Shown piece by piece: positions 47,741-64,000 of a stretch of DNA of 64,000 nt. The stretch lies in NCBI RefSeq assembly GCF_009914755.1, contig NC_060926.1, one strand, 5' to 3'. Both the position numbers and the translations under genes were made by a program. The notes beneath the pieces are model-generated. The model searched no databases and was not told where the DNA came from. It saw only the letters and a program-made list of their open reading frames with translations. Within the stretch, counting starts at the first letter, position 1. Every line of letters begins with the position of its first letter. This stretch comes from the human T2T-CHM13v2.0 reference genome, Homo sapiens.

Positions 47741-48045
47741 GGCTAGGCATGGTAGCTCACCTGTAATCCCAGCACTTTGGGAGGTCAAGGTTGGTGGATC
47801 TTTTGAGCTCAGGAGTTTGAGATCATCCTGGGCAACATGGCAAAACCCCATCTCTACAAAAAAATACCCACGACCCGCCCCCGCCAACCAAAAAAAAAAA
47901 TTAGGCATGCTGGCATGCACCTGTAGTCCCAGCTACTTAGGAGACTAAGGCAGGAGGATCACTTGAAACTAGGAGGCTGAGACGGCAGTGAGCCATGATC
48001 GTGCCACTGCACTCCAGCCTGGGCTACAGAGTGTGACCCTGTCTC

Positions 48046-48160
48046 AAAAAAAAAAAAAAAAAAAAAAAAGAAAGAAGAAAGAGAGAGAGAGAGAGAAAGA
48101 AAGAAAGAAAGAAAAAAAAAAGAAAAGAAAGAAAGAAAGAAAAAGAAAGAGAAAAAGAAA
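48046..48160 (+). repeat. A/(GA)n/(GAAA)n Alu tail expansion
   Basis: Seen directly in the sequence. Confidence 0.9.
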
Positions 48161-49844
48161 TGATTCGCCAATCCCTGATACAGACAATTGTTTCAAGGTC
48201 ATATACCTGGTACATCCCAGAGTCAGGATTTGAACCCCAGTCAGCACCAGTGACTCCTGTTCCCTGCCCTACCCCCTGAGAGCAGGCTGCCTCCCCTCAG
48301 CCAGGAGGGCTGGAGCTCAAACAGTAAAGTCAGCATGGTTCTTTTCTTTTCTTCAGTTCATGCTCTGCCCTGTGGGCAGCTGTTGTGGGGAAATGCTGAG
48401 TCATAAATAATTCTTACATTAATGCCAAGGCAGCCGGAAGGGAAATGTCAGTAGGAAATGGTATTTCAAATAAGTACAAATTTCATAATTCAGCCAATTT
48501 TTTAGACCATTTCTCGCAGCAACATTTTCTTATTTTGAGTTTTGGTAAACTCATAATCATTTATAAATGTGGATAAAACCTACCTTCATTTGGACATGTG
48601 ACCCAGATATATACATGATATAGAATGGGCCAAACAGATCAGAGCAAAGAGAGGAACAATTGGTCTTATGTATAACTGGCCCTTGTATCTTTACATCACC
48701 CAAGACAATTATAGTATTGTGACATTCACTGTTTGAGCTTATCATTGAGAAGCTCCAGGAAGCTTCGATTTCTACTCAACAGAATGGCTCGTTAGTATAA
48801 TTTTATCCTCTCAGAAATATATTGCAGAAGTCAGCCGTCACAGTCAGCTTCATTTCCTTGAAGGCCTCTTCAGGGTAGTGCCCAGAGACACAAGGGTTGC
48901 CAATACCGGTGTCTGCAGGTCCAGGAGCGTGGGTTAAGGAGTGAAGCCAGTTAGGCAGAGAAAACACCGTCCTCCGCCCCACCGCCCCCAGCCCATTGTG
49001 GTTATGAGGAAACATAGGCCAGCTGTTCCCAAATCTTCTGCTTTTTCACAAGAAGCCGGAAATCCAGATTTGATGTGAAATTTCCTAATTTCTAAATCTT
49101 GGCAACTAATTCAAATAAAAAAAAAATAAAAACACAGATTTTTCTTTTTTTTTTTTGCCTGTGGTTTGGACCCCACCATAGGACCCCTGTTAATGACTCC
49201 TGCTCTGGTGAGACTCCATGGCCAGGGTGAAGGGCAGGGGTGAAGGGCAAGGGTGAAGGTCGAAATTAGTCTGAACTCACTGGTGTTCATCATTCCTCAT
49301 GGCAAAACCTTGCTTCCAGGTGTGGTCTTCCCCCGTGCGTTTCTGTGGCTGTATCTGACTTACCCAGTCTCATACCCAGTTTTTCTCTTCCCTTTATTTC
49401 TGGATACTGAAATTCTTGGGGTTATTTAAGCCACAGCTGTTTAAAAATGTCAGCATCTGAACCTCATGTTCCCAAGCAAGGAACTGTTGACTGAGTTGGG
49501 TCAGCAGGAAGGAATGGACTAGATTTTCTGCCACCCTGACAATGTTTTCTAAACCTGGAGCGAGGCTTCCTGACTCTGTCTCTGCCACTTTTCACATAGG
49601 AGTTGCCAAGGAACAGATGAAGGGATACTAAAAATACAAGCTTTGCCATCTCTGTGTTCTTTTTTCTTCAAATCTTTTCTCCATAAATGCCTCGCCTCTT
49701 GAATCTCCATTTGTTTTTCTCATTTGTTCAATCATTTATTCACTCAGTAAACATTTATGAAGCAAATAATGTGTGCCAAGTACCACCTTAGGTGCGGGGA
49801 GGGCCAAGGCAAATCAGACTTGGTCCCTGACAGTGAAGGGCCTA

Positions 49845-50213
49845 CGTCTATGGTGAGTGAATGTTTGCGTCCTCCTCAAATTCATACGTTGACATCCTAA
49901 CCCCCAAGGTGATGGTATTAGGAGGTGGGGACTTTGGGAGGTGATTAAGTCATGACGGCCTAACCCTTATTAATGGTATTAGTGCCTTATAAAAGAGACC
50001 CCAGAGAGCTCTGTTGTTCTCTTTCTGCCATGTTGAGGGCATGGGGAGAAAGAGGCCATCTATGAACCAGAAATGGGCCCTCACCAGATGCCAAACCTAC
50101 TAGCACCTTGATCTTGGACCTCCCAACCTCCAGAACTGTGAGAAATACATGTTTATTGTTTAAGCCACCCCATTGATGATATTTTTGTTGTACAAGCCTA
50201 AAGGGACTAAGAC
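49845..50213 (+). mobile_element. MLT1A-type MaLR LTR
   Basis: ctatgg..tgaatgtttgcgtcctcc..aaattcatacgttgacatcctaacccccaaggtgatggtattagg ... ccagaactgtgagaaata ... ggactaagaca. Confidence 0.75.
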
Positions 50214-50454
50214 ATGTAGGTTCCTGGATGATCAGAACTGAGGCCCATGTATGTCTGGTGACCAGCACTCCCACATATATAACCCTCACCACCCCCTCTT
50301 AGGTATGGTGAATTTGGCTTGAAAGAGTGGAAGTGAACAATAAATGCTAAATTGAAAGAGATACCACAGAGTTTTCTAGAAGAAAAAAAAATCATCATGG
50401 TAGATTCCTTTGAACCAAGCAATAATTTTAGCAAAGCCATTACTAAAGTTTCTT

Positions 50455-50990
50455 TTTCTTAATGGACTTTATTATATTTTTAGAGCAGTTTTAGGTTCAC
50501 AGAAAAATTTTTTTCATTTATTTATTTTTGTACATGAATAAGTTCTTTAGTAGTGATTTCTGAGATTTAGGTGCACCCATCACCTGAGCAGCATACACTG
50601 TACCCAAAGTGTAGTTTTTTTTTTTCCTTACCTGCCTCCTACCCATTCCTCTGAGTCCTCAAAGTCCGTTGTATATTCTTATGCCTTTGTGTCCTCATAG
50701 CTTAGTTCCCTCATGGCAAAATTTTGAGGAGGGTACAGAGAGTTTCTGTATGCCCCTTGCCACTGTACACAGCCTGCCTCACTATGAAAATCCCACACCA
50801 GAGGATATATTTTTTACAATCAATGAAACTACATTGACACGTTATCACCCAAAGTCCATAGTTTACATTAGAGTTCACTCTTGGTGTTGTATATTCTAAA
50901 GATTTGGACAAATGTATAATGACATGTATCCACAATTACAGTATCATACAGAATAGTTTCACTGCCCTGAAAATCTTCTGTGCCTTCCCT
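50455..50990 (-). mobile_element. L1M 3'-end fragment with a nested younger L1 piece (about 50510-50710)
   Basis: tttttagagcagttttaggttcacagaaaaatt...acattgacacgttatcacccaaagtccatagtttacattag. The inner piece reads gtgcacccatcacctgagcag..tacactgtaccca. Confidence 0.65.
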
Positions 50991-51938
50991 ATTCGGATTA
51001 TTTTTTTTTCACTTTGAAATGCTTAAGAACAGCCTCAGTAAAATGTTTATATCCTAGGCAGTGAATGATTTGATCTCTATAGGAATGAGCTGGTTGTTAT
51101 CATATCAGAATTTGGGGGTAAGCTACAGATGCTAATATAGGGACATAGAAGATTTTTCCCCTCAAAATTAGTTAAGATTAGCAAATAGCATTAAGGCAGT
51201 TAACCTTGATGAAATACCTAGCAAGAAATGGGTGATGTTATCCTGGAACTGCTATTCTCCTCCCATCTCTTCTCTCAGCATTTGCCATCCAAACCATTTG
51301 GAAGCTTTGGTGCTTGATGCATTGCAGTATTTTTTTTTTCTTTTCTTTGAGAAAGATGAACTTAATTTCTAGTTCAATTTGAAAGTCCTTGCTGCAGTGA
51401 AGAACATCTATATTTGCTGAGTTTTACCAGGAAAGGAAGGCATCTTCAGTCTAACCTCTACTGGACTAATGTTTTAGGAAGACTCAATCATTCCAGCCCA
51501 TGAAGAAAAATCTGCTCAAAAAAATTTGCAAAATATTATATTTTAAAAATCTGTGGGCCGGGTGCAGTGGTTCATGCCTGTAATCCCAGCACTTTGGGAG
51601 GCTGAGGAAGGTGGATCACCTAAGGTCGGGAGTTCAAGACCAGCCTGGCCAACATGGTGAAATCCCGTCTCTACTAAAAATACAAAAATTAGCCGGGTGT
51701 GGTGGTGCACGTCTGTGATCCCAGCTACTCAGGAAGCTAAGGTAGGAGAATCGCTTGAAACTGGGAAGGCAGAGGTTGCAGTGAGCTGAGATCACAGCCA
51801 CTGCACTCCAGCCTAGGCAACAGAGCGAGGCTCTGTCTCAAAAAAAAAATTGTATATATTTAAAAGTACATATTAAACCAAATATTTAATGTATTTTTAT
51901 ATTAAAGTGTTTGGTTTCACTTTGCTATCTGTTTATAA

Positions 51939-52142
<204 letters not shown>

Positions 52143-53504
52143 TGAGTAGCTGGGATTACAGGCATGTGCCACCACACCGGGCTAATATATATCTTTTTTT
52201 TTTTTTTAGTAGAGATGGGGTTTCACCATGTTGGCCAGGCTGGTATTTAACTCCTGACTTCAAATGATCTGCTCTCCTTGGCCTCCCAAAGTTCTGGGAT
52301 TACAGGCATGAGCCACTACACCAGGCCAAGATCCATAGTTTGAATGGGCTTCCAGGATTGGGATAGATAGCAAAGGTTCAGCTTAGGCCTGTTCCATTTG
52401 TGACTATTGTCACAAATGTTAAATTTGGAGTCACCTGCCCTTGAACTCACCCTTGACCTGGCCAGAAAAATGGAAGCATGTCAATGGTCTGGGGAGGAAA
52501 GGACCTTATGTGAAATTAAAAGAATTGTCTGGTTAACCATGTTACACCTTGGGTCCAAATAACTTTGAGTATGGGCACATTTAAGGACAGAACCTAGAGA
52601 TGAGAGAACTGCTTCCTAATGGATGGAGTGAGATGAGCCCTACTGGCCAGGGTCATCAGACAGCCCTAGTTACTGGCCTGGAGACAAGGACAGTGCTGAA
52701 AACTGTACTCCAGAGACATTCCTACTATAGCTGAGACACATCTGGGGCCTCCCCAAGACACCAGAAAAAAATGGAGCCCAGAAATGGAGGCTAAGGCCCT
52801 GCAGTAGTGCAGTAAAAGTTCAGCTTAGGCTGAAGGGGATAATGAGGTAGTGAAATACCGCATTAACAATGACTGTGACCTGAGTTGTGCCTGGGCCAGT
52901 CAATAAGCTGTATTTCTCAACTCCAACCTTGCCCCTGCCCCACCTTCTGTACTCTGCTTTGTGATTCGGGGGCTGGGCCTCTGCAAACCCCATTTTCGCT
53001 TTGGAGCTGGCTCCCTCTGAAGCTCTTCCCATCTTCCCATGGGGAGATGCAAGAGAGAGACCGCACAGCCGGAGGAGGAGGAAGCCCCTCTTCTTTCCTG
53101 ACCACTTTCTGCTCCTGTGAATGGCACCCAGGCAATGCTTCATTAAGAAGTGAAATGAGCATTAACCATTTCATGCTCAGCAGTAGCACCAGTTCCTTCC
53201 CGAGTCCACCACTGAAGCCAGTCTGCAATATTTTCAATGCTTGTAGAACTGGTCCCCTCACAGCCCCTCGCAGACCTCAGCTGGAACGTACAGTAGCCCT
53301 CCTTAAGAATCTGGTGCTCAGCTCCACACGGCTCTTCCTCCAAACATCTAAGCTTTAATAGTTTGAGCCTCTTCCTTTCGCTCCCCAAGTCCCACTGCTT
53401 CCTCTAGTTTCTACCTCCAGGGTAGTTTTGCGTTATCTTTTTGCCATTTATGTTACCTAGCGCATTTTATGTTATCAGCAAATTTATGCTTAGTTAACAA
53501 TTAA

Positions 53505-53867
<363 letters not shown>

Positions 53868-54048
53868 TGACACATACCTAAAGTTTCCTCTGTTTATTCA
53901 TTCAGGAAATACGTAATGAGTTCCCACTGTGTGCCAAGCACTGTACTGAGTGCCAGGTCACAGGGAGGAGGGAAAGACAATAACCAATAGAATAGAATCT
54001 CTCCACACACCTCCACTTACCAGAGGGAGAGATTTAAATTCTCAATCT

Positions 54049-54628
<580 letters not shown>

Positions 54629-54759
54629 CATTTTGCTTCTTAATGAACTTATAGTATTGAAGTAGCCAGTGCTTCCCATTCCATCATAAAACCCAGCGAT
54701 GGATGCTCCTATGTTGGAGCCCCTCGCCAAGGTGAGACTCACACTAACCAAGAGTCAGT

Positions 54760-56150
<1,391 letters not shown>

Positions 56151-56654
56151 TAAAATCAGACAATCACGGATTGTGAAGGGCATTCTGAAAGAAACAGGCA
56201 GGATAGGGTAATAGAGAATGACAGGCAGGGGTGGGAGGGCTTCTTGGAGAGGTCAGGGAAACTCTGAGAATATGACATTTGCATTGAGGTCAGAATATAG
56301 CTTAGGGAATTTTGGTTGGCAGAGTGTAATGAAGGAGAAAGTCATATAAACGGATAAGTGCAGCAGAGGGTCATGAGATGGATGTGCTGACGGAGCAGCA
56401 GGACCAAGAGGCGGGTGCACATTTCTTGCTGCGGGTGTCAGAAGAGGCTTCATGGAAGAGGCTGCCACCCAGCTGTGCTTTGAAAGAGAAAAACATGTTT
56501 CCCAGGCAGATGCAGGAGGGAGAAGAGTGATCTCCGACAGTGGGGGAAATATTTAAAAAGCACTGAAGTATGAAATATTGGGGAACCATAAACAGTGTGA
56601 TGCAGGGGAGTAACTGGTCAGATTCACATGTTTGAAAGGGCGGTTAGCAGCAGT

Positions 56655-56825
56655 CTAACCTTGCTACTTAGAGTGTGGTCCAAGGACTAACAGCATCAGC
56701 GTCACCTGGGAGCTTGTTAGAAATGCAGAATCTTGAGCCCCTCCCAGAACTGCTGAATCAGGATCTGCATTTTAAGAAGAATGCCAGGGAATTCAGATGC
56801 ACCATATAGTTTAAGAAGCACTGGT
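56655..56825. mobile_element. MER5A
   Basis: agtgtggtcc..cagcatcagcgtcacctgggagcttgttagaaatgcagaatctt...gaatcaggatctgcatttt...tttaagaagcactg. Confidence 0.75.
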
Positions 56826-56939
56826 GCAGAGGATGGACTGGAGAGATAAAAAATTAAATTATATACACTTTAATAAAATAGAATTAATTAAAAACAAATA
56901 TTTTATATGTATATTTTATTAATATAATTTAATAAAATT

Positions 56940-58060
56940 ATATTAAAAACAAAGATAATGAATTCTCAAAACTCATCACTTCCTAATTATTTTACTATTA
57001 TCCAAGTTGAAGGGTTACTTTTATTTACTGTGTCTGGTGGAAACACCGTACAGTGGCGTGATTCTGCACATCTCTTGCTAACTCCACAATCAGTGACGTC
57101 ACAGTAGTAATTTGAAATCTGCCACAGTGTGAATATTTACACCGTCACGATCAGCAAATGCTACAAAGCAGGGCTTAATTTGTTGTTTTTGTTGATTTTC
57201 TAGATCAGGAGTCAGCAAACTTGTACTATAAAGGACAGATAGTAATATTTAGGGCTTTCTGGGCCATATTACGTTGGCTATTTAACCGTGCTGTTGAAGC
57301 ATAAAAGCAGCCAATGATAATATGTAGACAAATAAGTGTGCTTGTGTTCCAATAAAATTTTAATTTGTATTTTTTCTTTTTTTAATTTATTTTGTTTCTA
57401 TGCTTTGCTTTTTTCTTATTTTTTCTTCAATCATACCCCAAACCTCAGTACAAATTTTAATTTGTATAAATTGTTTTCAATATTATTATCTTAAAATATT
57501 TATTACTATTATTATGTCTACCAGCCATAGTTTGTCAATTCCTGGTTTAGAATTGTGAAAGTGATGGAGAAAGTGTTAATAGTACAAATGAAAATTTAAA
57601 GTGTTTCTTGTCTGTAGCCATTACATCGTGACTAGCATAAAAAATGGAGAAAATATTCTTCCAATATTCAAAAATCTACTATCTGATTCAGCTAAGAAGT
57701 GGCTCACATCACCGATGAATGAGAAAAGTTGCAATATACATCTTCCTTCCTTCATATTAATTATTGTAAACAAAAATAACACCAATATTCATGTTGAAAC
57801 CACTCATTTACCAGTTGCCCCGTAGAATGGCTAGAGTTAGAAAAGTTCAGCAGAAAACAACAAAAGCCTTCTGTGAGAATCAATTGGCAACACGGAATTT
57901 ACAATGCACATTGTTGTATTCTTGCTGTTTGATTATTATTTATAAATTGTGTGCCACACATAAATGTATATCAGTAAAATTTTAAATACGTTTATACGCA
58001 TATAGGTATACTTTTTGTTTTCTGGTTTGCTGGTCGTTATACATTTATCAGCACCCCATT
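56940..58060. mobile_element. hAT-Tip100-like relic (Arthur1/Zaphod type) with a MER58-like insert at about 57206-57545
   Basis: Terminal catttatcagcaccccattg and internal aaaactcatcacttcctaattattttact. The family is assigned from memory. Confidence 0.45.
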
Positions 58061-58583
58061 GCTCAGGTTTCTGGTTTAGATGAGAAGGTGAATGGGGGTG
58101 GTAGGAAACAGGAGAGGCAGCTTTGCAAAAAAATTTGGGTTCAGTTTTGGACACATTCCCCAATTGTAATATGTTACATTAAAAAGGGGCCCAACCCCAC
58201 ATCCCACGAGCCACCCTAGTTTCTTACCAGATTTTGAATGGAATCAAAAGATTTTCTAAAGCCATTAAGTGTCCACCCATATGCTATTCCCCTGTTAAAA
58301 TAAGCGGGCCATTGTGGAAGGCTGTTCACTTCCAACTCTGAAGGTGTAATCCACACTGTAGTCCATGTGAAAGCAAGGTAAATATTGAGCTCTTCTCCCT
58401 CTCTCTACCCCAACCTCTTTTAATCATGGTAAAAAAACACGTAACATAAAATTTATCCTCTCGGCCAGGCGCAGTGGCTCACACCTGTAATCCCAGCACT
58501 TTGGGAGGCTGAGGTGGACGGATCACTTGAGGTCCGGAGTTCGAGACCAGCCTGGCCAACAGGGTGAAAGCCCATCTCTACTA

Positions 58584-58742
<159 letters not shown>

Positions 58743-59021
58743 TCAAAAATAAATAAATAAATAAAACTTTACCCTCTTAACCATTTTAAGTGTAGAGTTA
58801 AAATGGGCCAGTTTGGACCCTAGAGTTTGGGAGCTCCATTGTGAAAGTATATTGCCTCTCAGATAAGATTTCTAGATACAAACTCTAGCTCTGACCCTCA
58901 GTTTGAGGTTAGTTCTAAAAAAGATTGGGGACCATTCTCTTCTCCTTCATCACTGGCTCACTCAACCCCACAACCGTTTCCTACTTACAAGCATCCAAAT
59001 TGCCTGCTCAAATCTTTTCTT

Positions 59022-59129
59022 TTCTTTCTTTTTTTTTTTTTTTTAATCAATGTTGACCAGGTTGGCCTCGAATGTGTAGCCTTGCCTCCCCGAGGACCAG
59101 GGCAACCGGCCTGAGCCACAGCGGCTCCG
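59022..59129 (-). mobile_element. snaR-related (ASR/CAS-like) short Alu-derived retrocopy
   Basis: The minus strand reads CGGAGCCGCTGTGGCTCAGGCCGGTTGCCCTGGTCCTCGGGGAGGCAAGGCTACACATTCGAGGCCAACCTGGTCAACATTGATT plus an A-tail. It is flanked by a perfect 14-bp TSD TCAAATCTTTTCTT (59008-59021 and 59130-59143). The 5' and 3' ends resemble snaR RNAs. Confidence 0.8.
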
Positions 59130-59426
59130 TCAAATCTTTTCTTCTGCCAGCCCTGGATGGTGCTTCCAGGGTGACTGCCACCCTATGTCCTGAGCCCTGA
59201 GGAAGACCCTGCTGTGCCAAGGAAAACTGTGAGTTGTTGGAATGACCTGCAGAGAGAGCAGGCTCAGCTGGGACCTGGATCTGTTCTGGACTCAGTAAAA
59301 TTGACTCTGACACTGGGTTTACCAAAGTGCATTCTGCAAAATAAGAAGGGCTTATGTGGAAAAAGTGTTCTGAGGTCACTTAGATTCAAAATATTCCAAG
59401 TTAAGTAAAGTTACTGATAAAGTTAA

Positions 59427-59757
<331 letters not shown>

Positions 59758-59915
59758 AAAGTTAAATATATTTTAATGATGGCAGAACACCTCAGAATCT
59801 TGAATGGGCCAATGTAGATTGTGACTCTCCTACAGTGGGTAGAACCTGTAGCATTTCTCTACCTACTTGATCTCAGAATCTCTTTTTCTGTATGTGTCTA
59901 TCTTTCATGACCACT

Positions 59916-60298
59916 TGTTATGGATTGAATGTTTGTCCCCTCCAAAACTCATGTTGAAATATAATTGCTATTGTCACAGTGTTAACAGGTAGGACTTTTT
60001 AAGATGGAATTAGGCCATGAGGGCTTTGCCTTCACTAATGAACTAATGCCATTAATGGTGGGAGTGGGTTTGTTATAAAAGGGAGCGTTTGGCCCCCTTT
60101 TCTCTGTCTCTCACTCTTCACTCTGTTGCCATATGATGCTCTTGTGGTGGTACAATGCAGGAGAAATGCCAAGGCAAGATGCTGGCACCTTGATATTGTA
60201 CTTCCCAGCCTGGAGAACGGTAAGCCAAAACATTTCTGTTCATTATAAATTACCCAGTCTGTGGTATTCTGATATAGCAGCACAAAACAGATAAAACA
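59916..60298 (+). mobile_element. MST-type MaLR LTR
   Basis: tgttatggattgaatgtttgtcccctccaaaactcatgttgaaat ... ataaattacccagtctgtggtattctgatatagcagca. Confidence 0.75.
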
Positions 60299-60584
60299 CT
60301 GTTGCTCTCTGGAAGACAGTTTGACAAACAGAACCCTGGGGCCATCCCAAAAGGTGGCAACATCAGGGAGGAAAACTGGCTTCTTCCATCAGTCTGGGCA
60401 CATCTCTCTTCTTCAAGGCAAAAATGTGTATTCCAGGGTTTTAGCTCAAGTAGAGCACTTTTCAGCTTCAGAACCCAGGTTGGGTTTAAACCAGCCCTTT
60501 TTACCACAAGATAAAGTCATATGTGATTTGAGGCTAGAGCTTGAACTGGCCTCATATTTTAGCTGGAGTGGTTTTCCTATGTGT

Positions 60585-60615
60585 TTCTTTCCGTTCTCTT
60601 TTCTTTCTTTTCTTT

Positions 60616-60670
<55 letters not shown>

Positions 60671-60808
60671 CTTTCTTCCTTCCTTCCTTCTTCTTTTCTC
60701 TTCTCTTTTCTTCTTTCTCCTTCCTTCCCTTCCTTCCTTCCTTCCTTTCCTTCCTTCCTTCCTTCCTTCCTTCCTTCCTTCCTTCCTTCCTTCCTTCCTT
60801 CTTTCTTT

Positions 60809-60868
<60 letters not shown>

Positions 60869-60889
60869 TTCTTTCTTTCTTTCCTTTTT
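60585..60889 (+). repeat. Polypyrimidine (TTTC)n/(TTCC)n compound microsatellite forming the tail of a reverse Alu
   Basis: About 300 nt of C/T directly abutting the Alu at about 60890-61170. Confidence 0.95.
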
Positions 60890-60891
60890 GA

Positions 60892-61023
<132 letters not shown>

Positions 61024-62539
61024 TGACACCAAGCTAATTTTTGTATTTTTGGTAGAGGCAGGGTTTCACCATGTTGGCCAAGCTGGTCTCGAACTCCTGA
61101 CCTCAGGTGATCCGCCTGCCTCGGCTTCGCAAAGTGCTGGGATGACAGTCGTGAGCCACCGCACCTGGCTACGTTTCTTGATTATATTCTAAGAAAAGGA
61201 TGTTCCCACATTAAGCAAGTCATTAAATCCAGACTCTGCTAATTGGTAAATGGTGATAAGGGAATCTACAACCTTATTTCCACAGATGCTGTAACTATCC
61301 ACTTGTCATTCAATTACTTAGAAATTCCTGGGAGATATAAGTTAAGCAAACATAGAGTGTTTTCATCTATTAACTATATCTGTACCCTGTTACTATACAC
61401 GCTGTGGAAAGTTTTAAGGATACTCCCAGGAACGTAGCGGGTGGGGGCGGGAGAGAAACAACAAAAACATTTTCTATTTCCCAGAAGCAGAAACCACAAT
61501 GGAAATAATCTAAATATTTCCTCTTATACAAAGAATGTCCCACATAGCAATACATACAATGAATGACAACATCACCAGATTTGAGAAGCCAAGGGGAAGG
61601 AAATGGCAGAAATTCGGGGGATAGAAAAGACCTCTGTGTTCCATGCCAAAGATGCTAGGATTCAGAATCATAGGATGTTAGGCAGTTTAAAGGTCACTTA
61701 GTACACCCTTTCATCTTGCAGATGAGGCAACTGAGCCATTGAAAAGGGGCTTGTGCAAGGACGTCTGATTAATTTGGTAAGGCCAGAATGAAGGAAAGTT
61801 GACACATTTTCAATTTACTTATCTGTTAAGCTCTGGCCCCTGGATGCAGCCTGCAGCCTCACCCTGCCTTGCTAATATGAGTCGGTCTAAATGCGTGTGT
61901 TGGTCACAATTGCTTCTACTTGTACTCATAGCCTTTTACTGCTGAGGTTTGAGAGCCAATTTCTATGGTATTTGCTGACCCTTGCTGCTCACCTTTCTTC
62001 AGTGCTCTGGTAATGCATTGTAAAGGCATCAGAATCTCTTCACCACACGAAACAGTCCACTTTACAATACCTCTGTTGAGTCGAGTTAATATCTGAGCTA
62101 CAGTGAGATGCAGAACAACTGGAATCCTATTATTTAAGATCAGAAATGGCTGTAGTCCTAGTTTTTCATTTCCTTTGAAGCAGCCAACATACTTTTCTTG
62201 TTGTTTCTTTTTTATTTTTATATAATACAAAATATAGGGATGATTTTGTGTTGGAGAGTTCTTTTATTGGCAAGAAGAGGTTTTTTGATAGAAAATATTT
62301 GCAGCTCTTTAAAAAAGATTTTTAATTCTTTTTAAGATTTGCATAGAAACCTACAAGCTTGGTTGCAGACTGCTTAAAATAGATGAGATAAAATGATATG
62401 TAATGGAGAGAGTGAGCTTGTTATAATCCATCGACAATCTGCTTAATTTCATGCATCAGTTTAGGCAATTAATCAATAAAAAATATAAAACCGTACACAT
62501 AAAAACCATAAAGTTACTTCATATGACTTATTACTTGAG

Positions 62540-63620
<1,081 letters not shown>

Positions 63621-63622
63621 AT

Positions 63623-64000
63623 TGTATTAGTCCATTTTGCATTGCCATAAAGGAATACCTGAAACTGGGTAATTTATAAAGAAAAAAGGGTTATTTGGCT
63701 CACAGTTCTATAGGCTGTACAAACATGGCATCAGCATCTGCTCAGCTTCTGGTGAGGCCTTAGGAAGGTTTTACTCATGGCAAAAGGCATGGGGGAGCAG
63801 GCATGTCATGGTGAGAGAGGAAGTAAGAGAGAGAGGAGAAGGTTCCAGGCTCTTTTAAACAACCAACTCTCATGTGAACTAATAGAGTGAGAACTCACTC
63901 ATTACTGTTGAGGACAGCATGAAGCCATTCATTGAGGAATCCACTCCCATGATCCAAACACTCCTACCAGGCCCCAAATCCAACATTAGCAATCACATTT
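63623..64000 (-). mobile_element. MST-type MaLR LTR, running off the window end
   Basis: tgtattagtccattttgcattgccataaaggaatacctgaaactgggtaatttataaag... Confidence 0.75.

Noticed and set aside
52820-53388. Cluster of overlapping ORFs up to 157 aa in non-Alu sequence
   Set aside because: No recognisable domain, several frames are open on both strands in moderately GC-rich DNA, and there is no convincing splice or promoter support.

Overview
This is primate (most likely human) genomic DNA. From the recognised proteins it corresponds to the TM4SF20-SCYGR1 region of chr2q36.3. Two protein-coding genes are supported, both on the minus strand: the first two coding exons of TM4SF20 (11760-11942 and 3588-3653; the remaining exons lie left of the window) and the intronless cysteine/glycine-rich gene SCYGR1 (KRTAP28 family, 20335-20601). 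The rest is intronic or intergenic and repeat-dense, with about 55 Alu copies (roughly a quarter of the window by my tally), solo LTRs (THE1, MER41, LTR8, MST, MLT1), L1/L2/MIR fragments, DNA-transposon relics and microsatellites. Almost all ORFs in the supplied track are Alu or low-complexity artefacts. I find no evidence of a wholly new multi-gene system. The most unusual items are a snaR-ancestor-like (ASR/CAS-type) small-RNA retrocopy with a perfect 14-bp TSD at 59022-59129, the poorly characterised SCYGR1 gene bracketed by Alu insertions, a compact GATA/HNF1/CDX/HNF4 module at the TM4SF20 promoter, a MER41 LTR nested inside an Alu, a duplicated ETS/AP-1 composite, and a 21/41-bp higher-order minisatellite. 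Repeat subfamily names come from my recollection of consensus sequences, and their boundaries are approximate unless a TSD is quoted.
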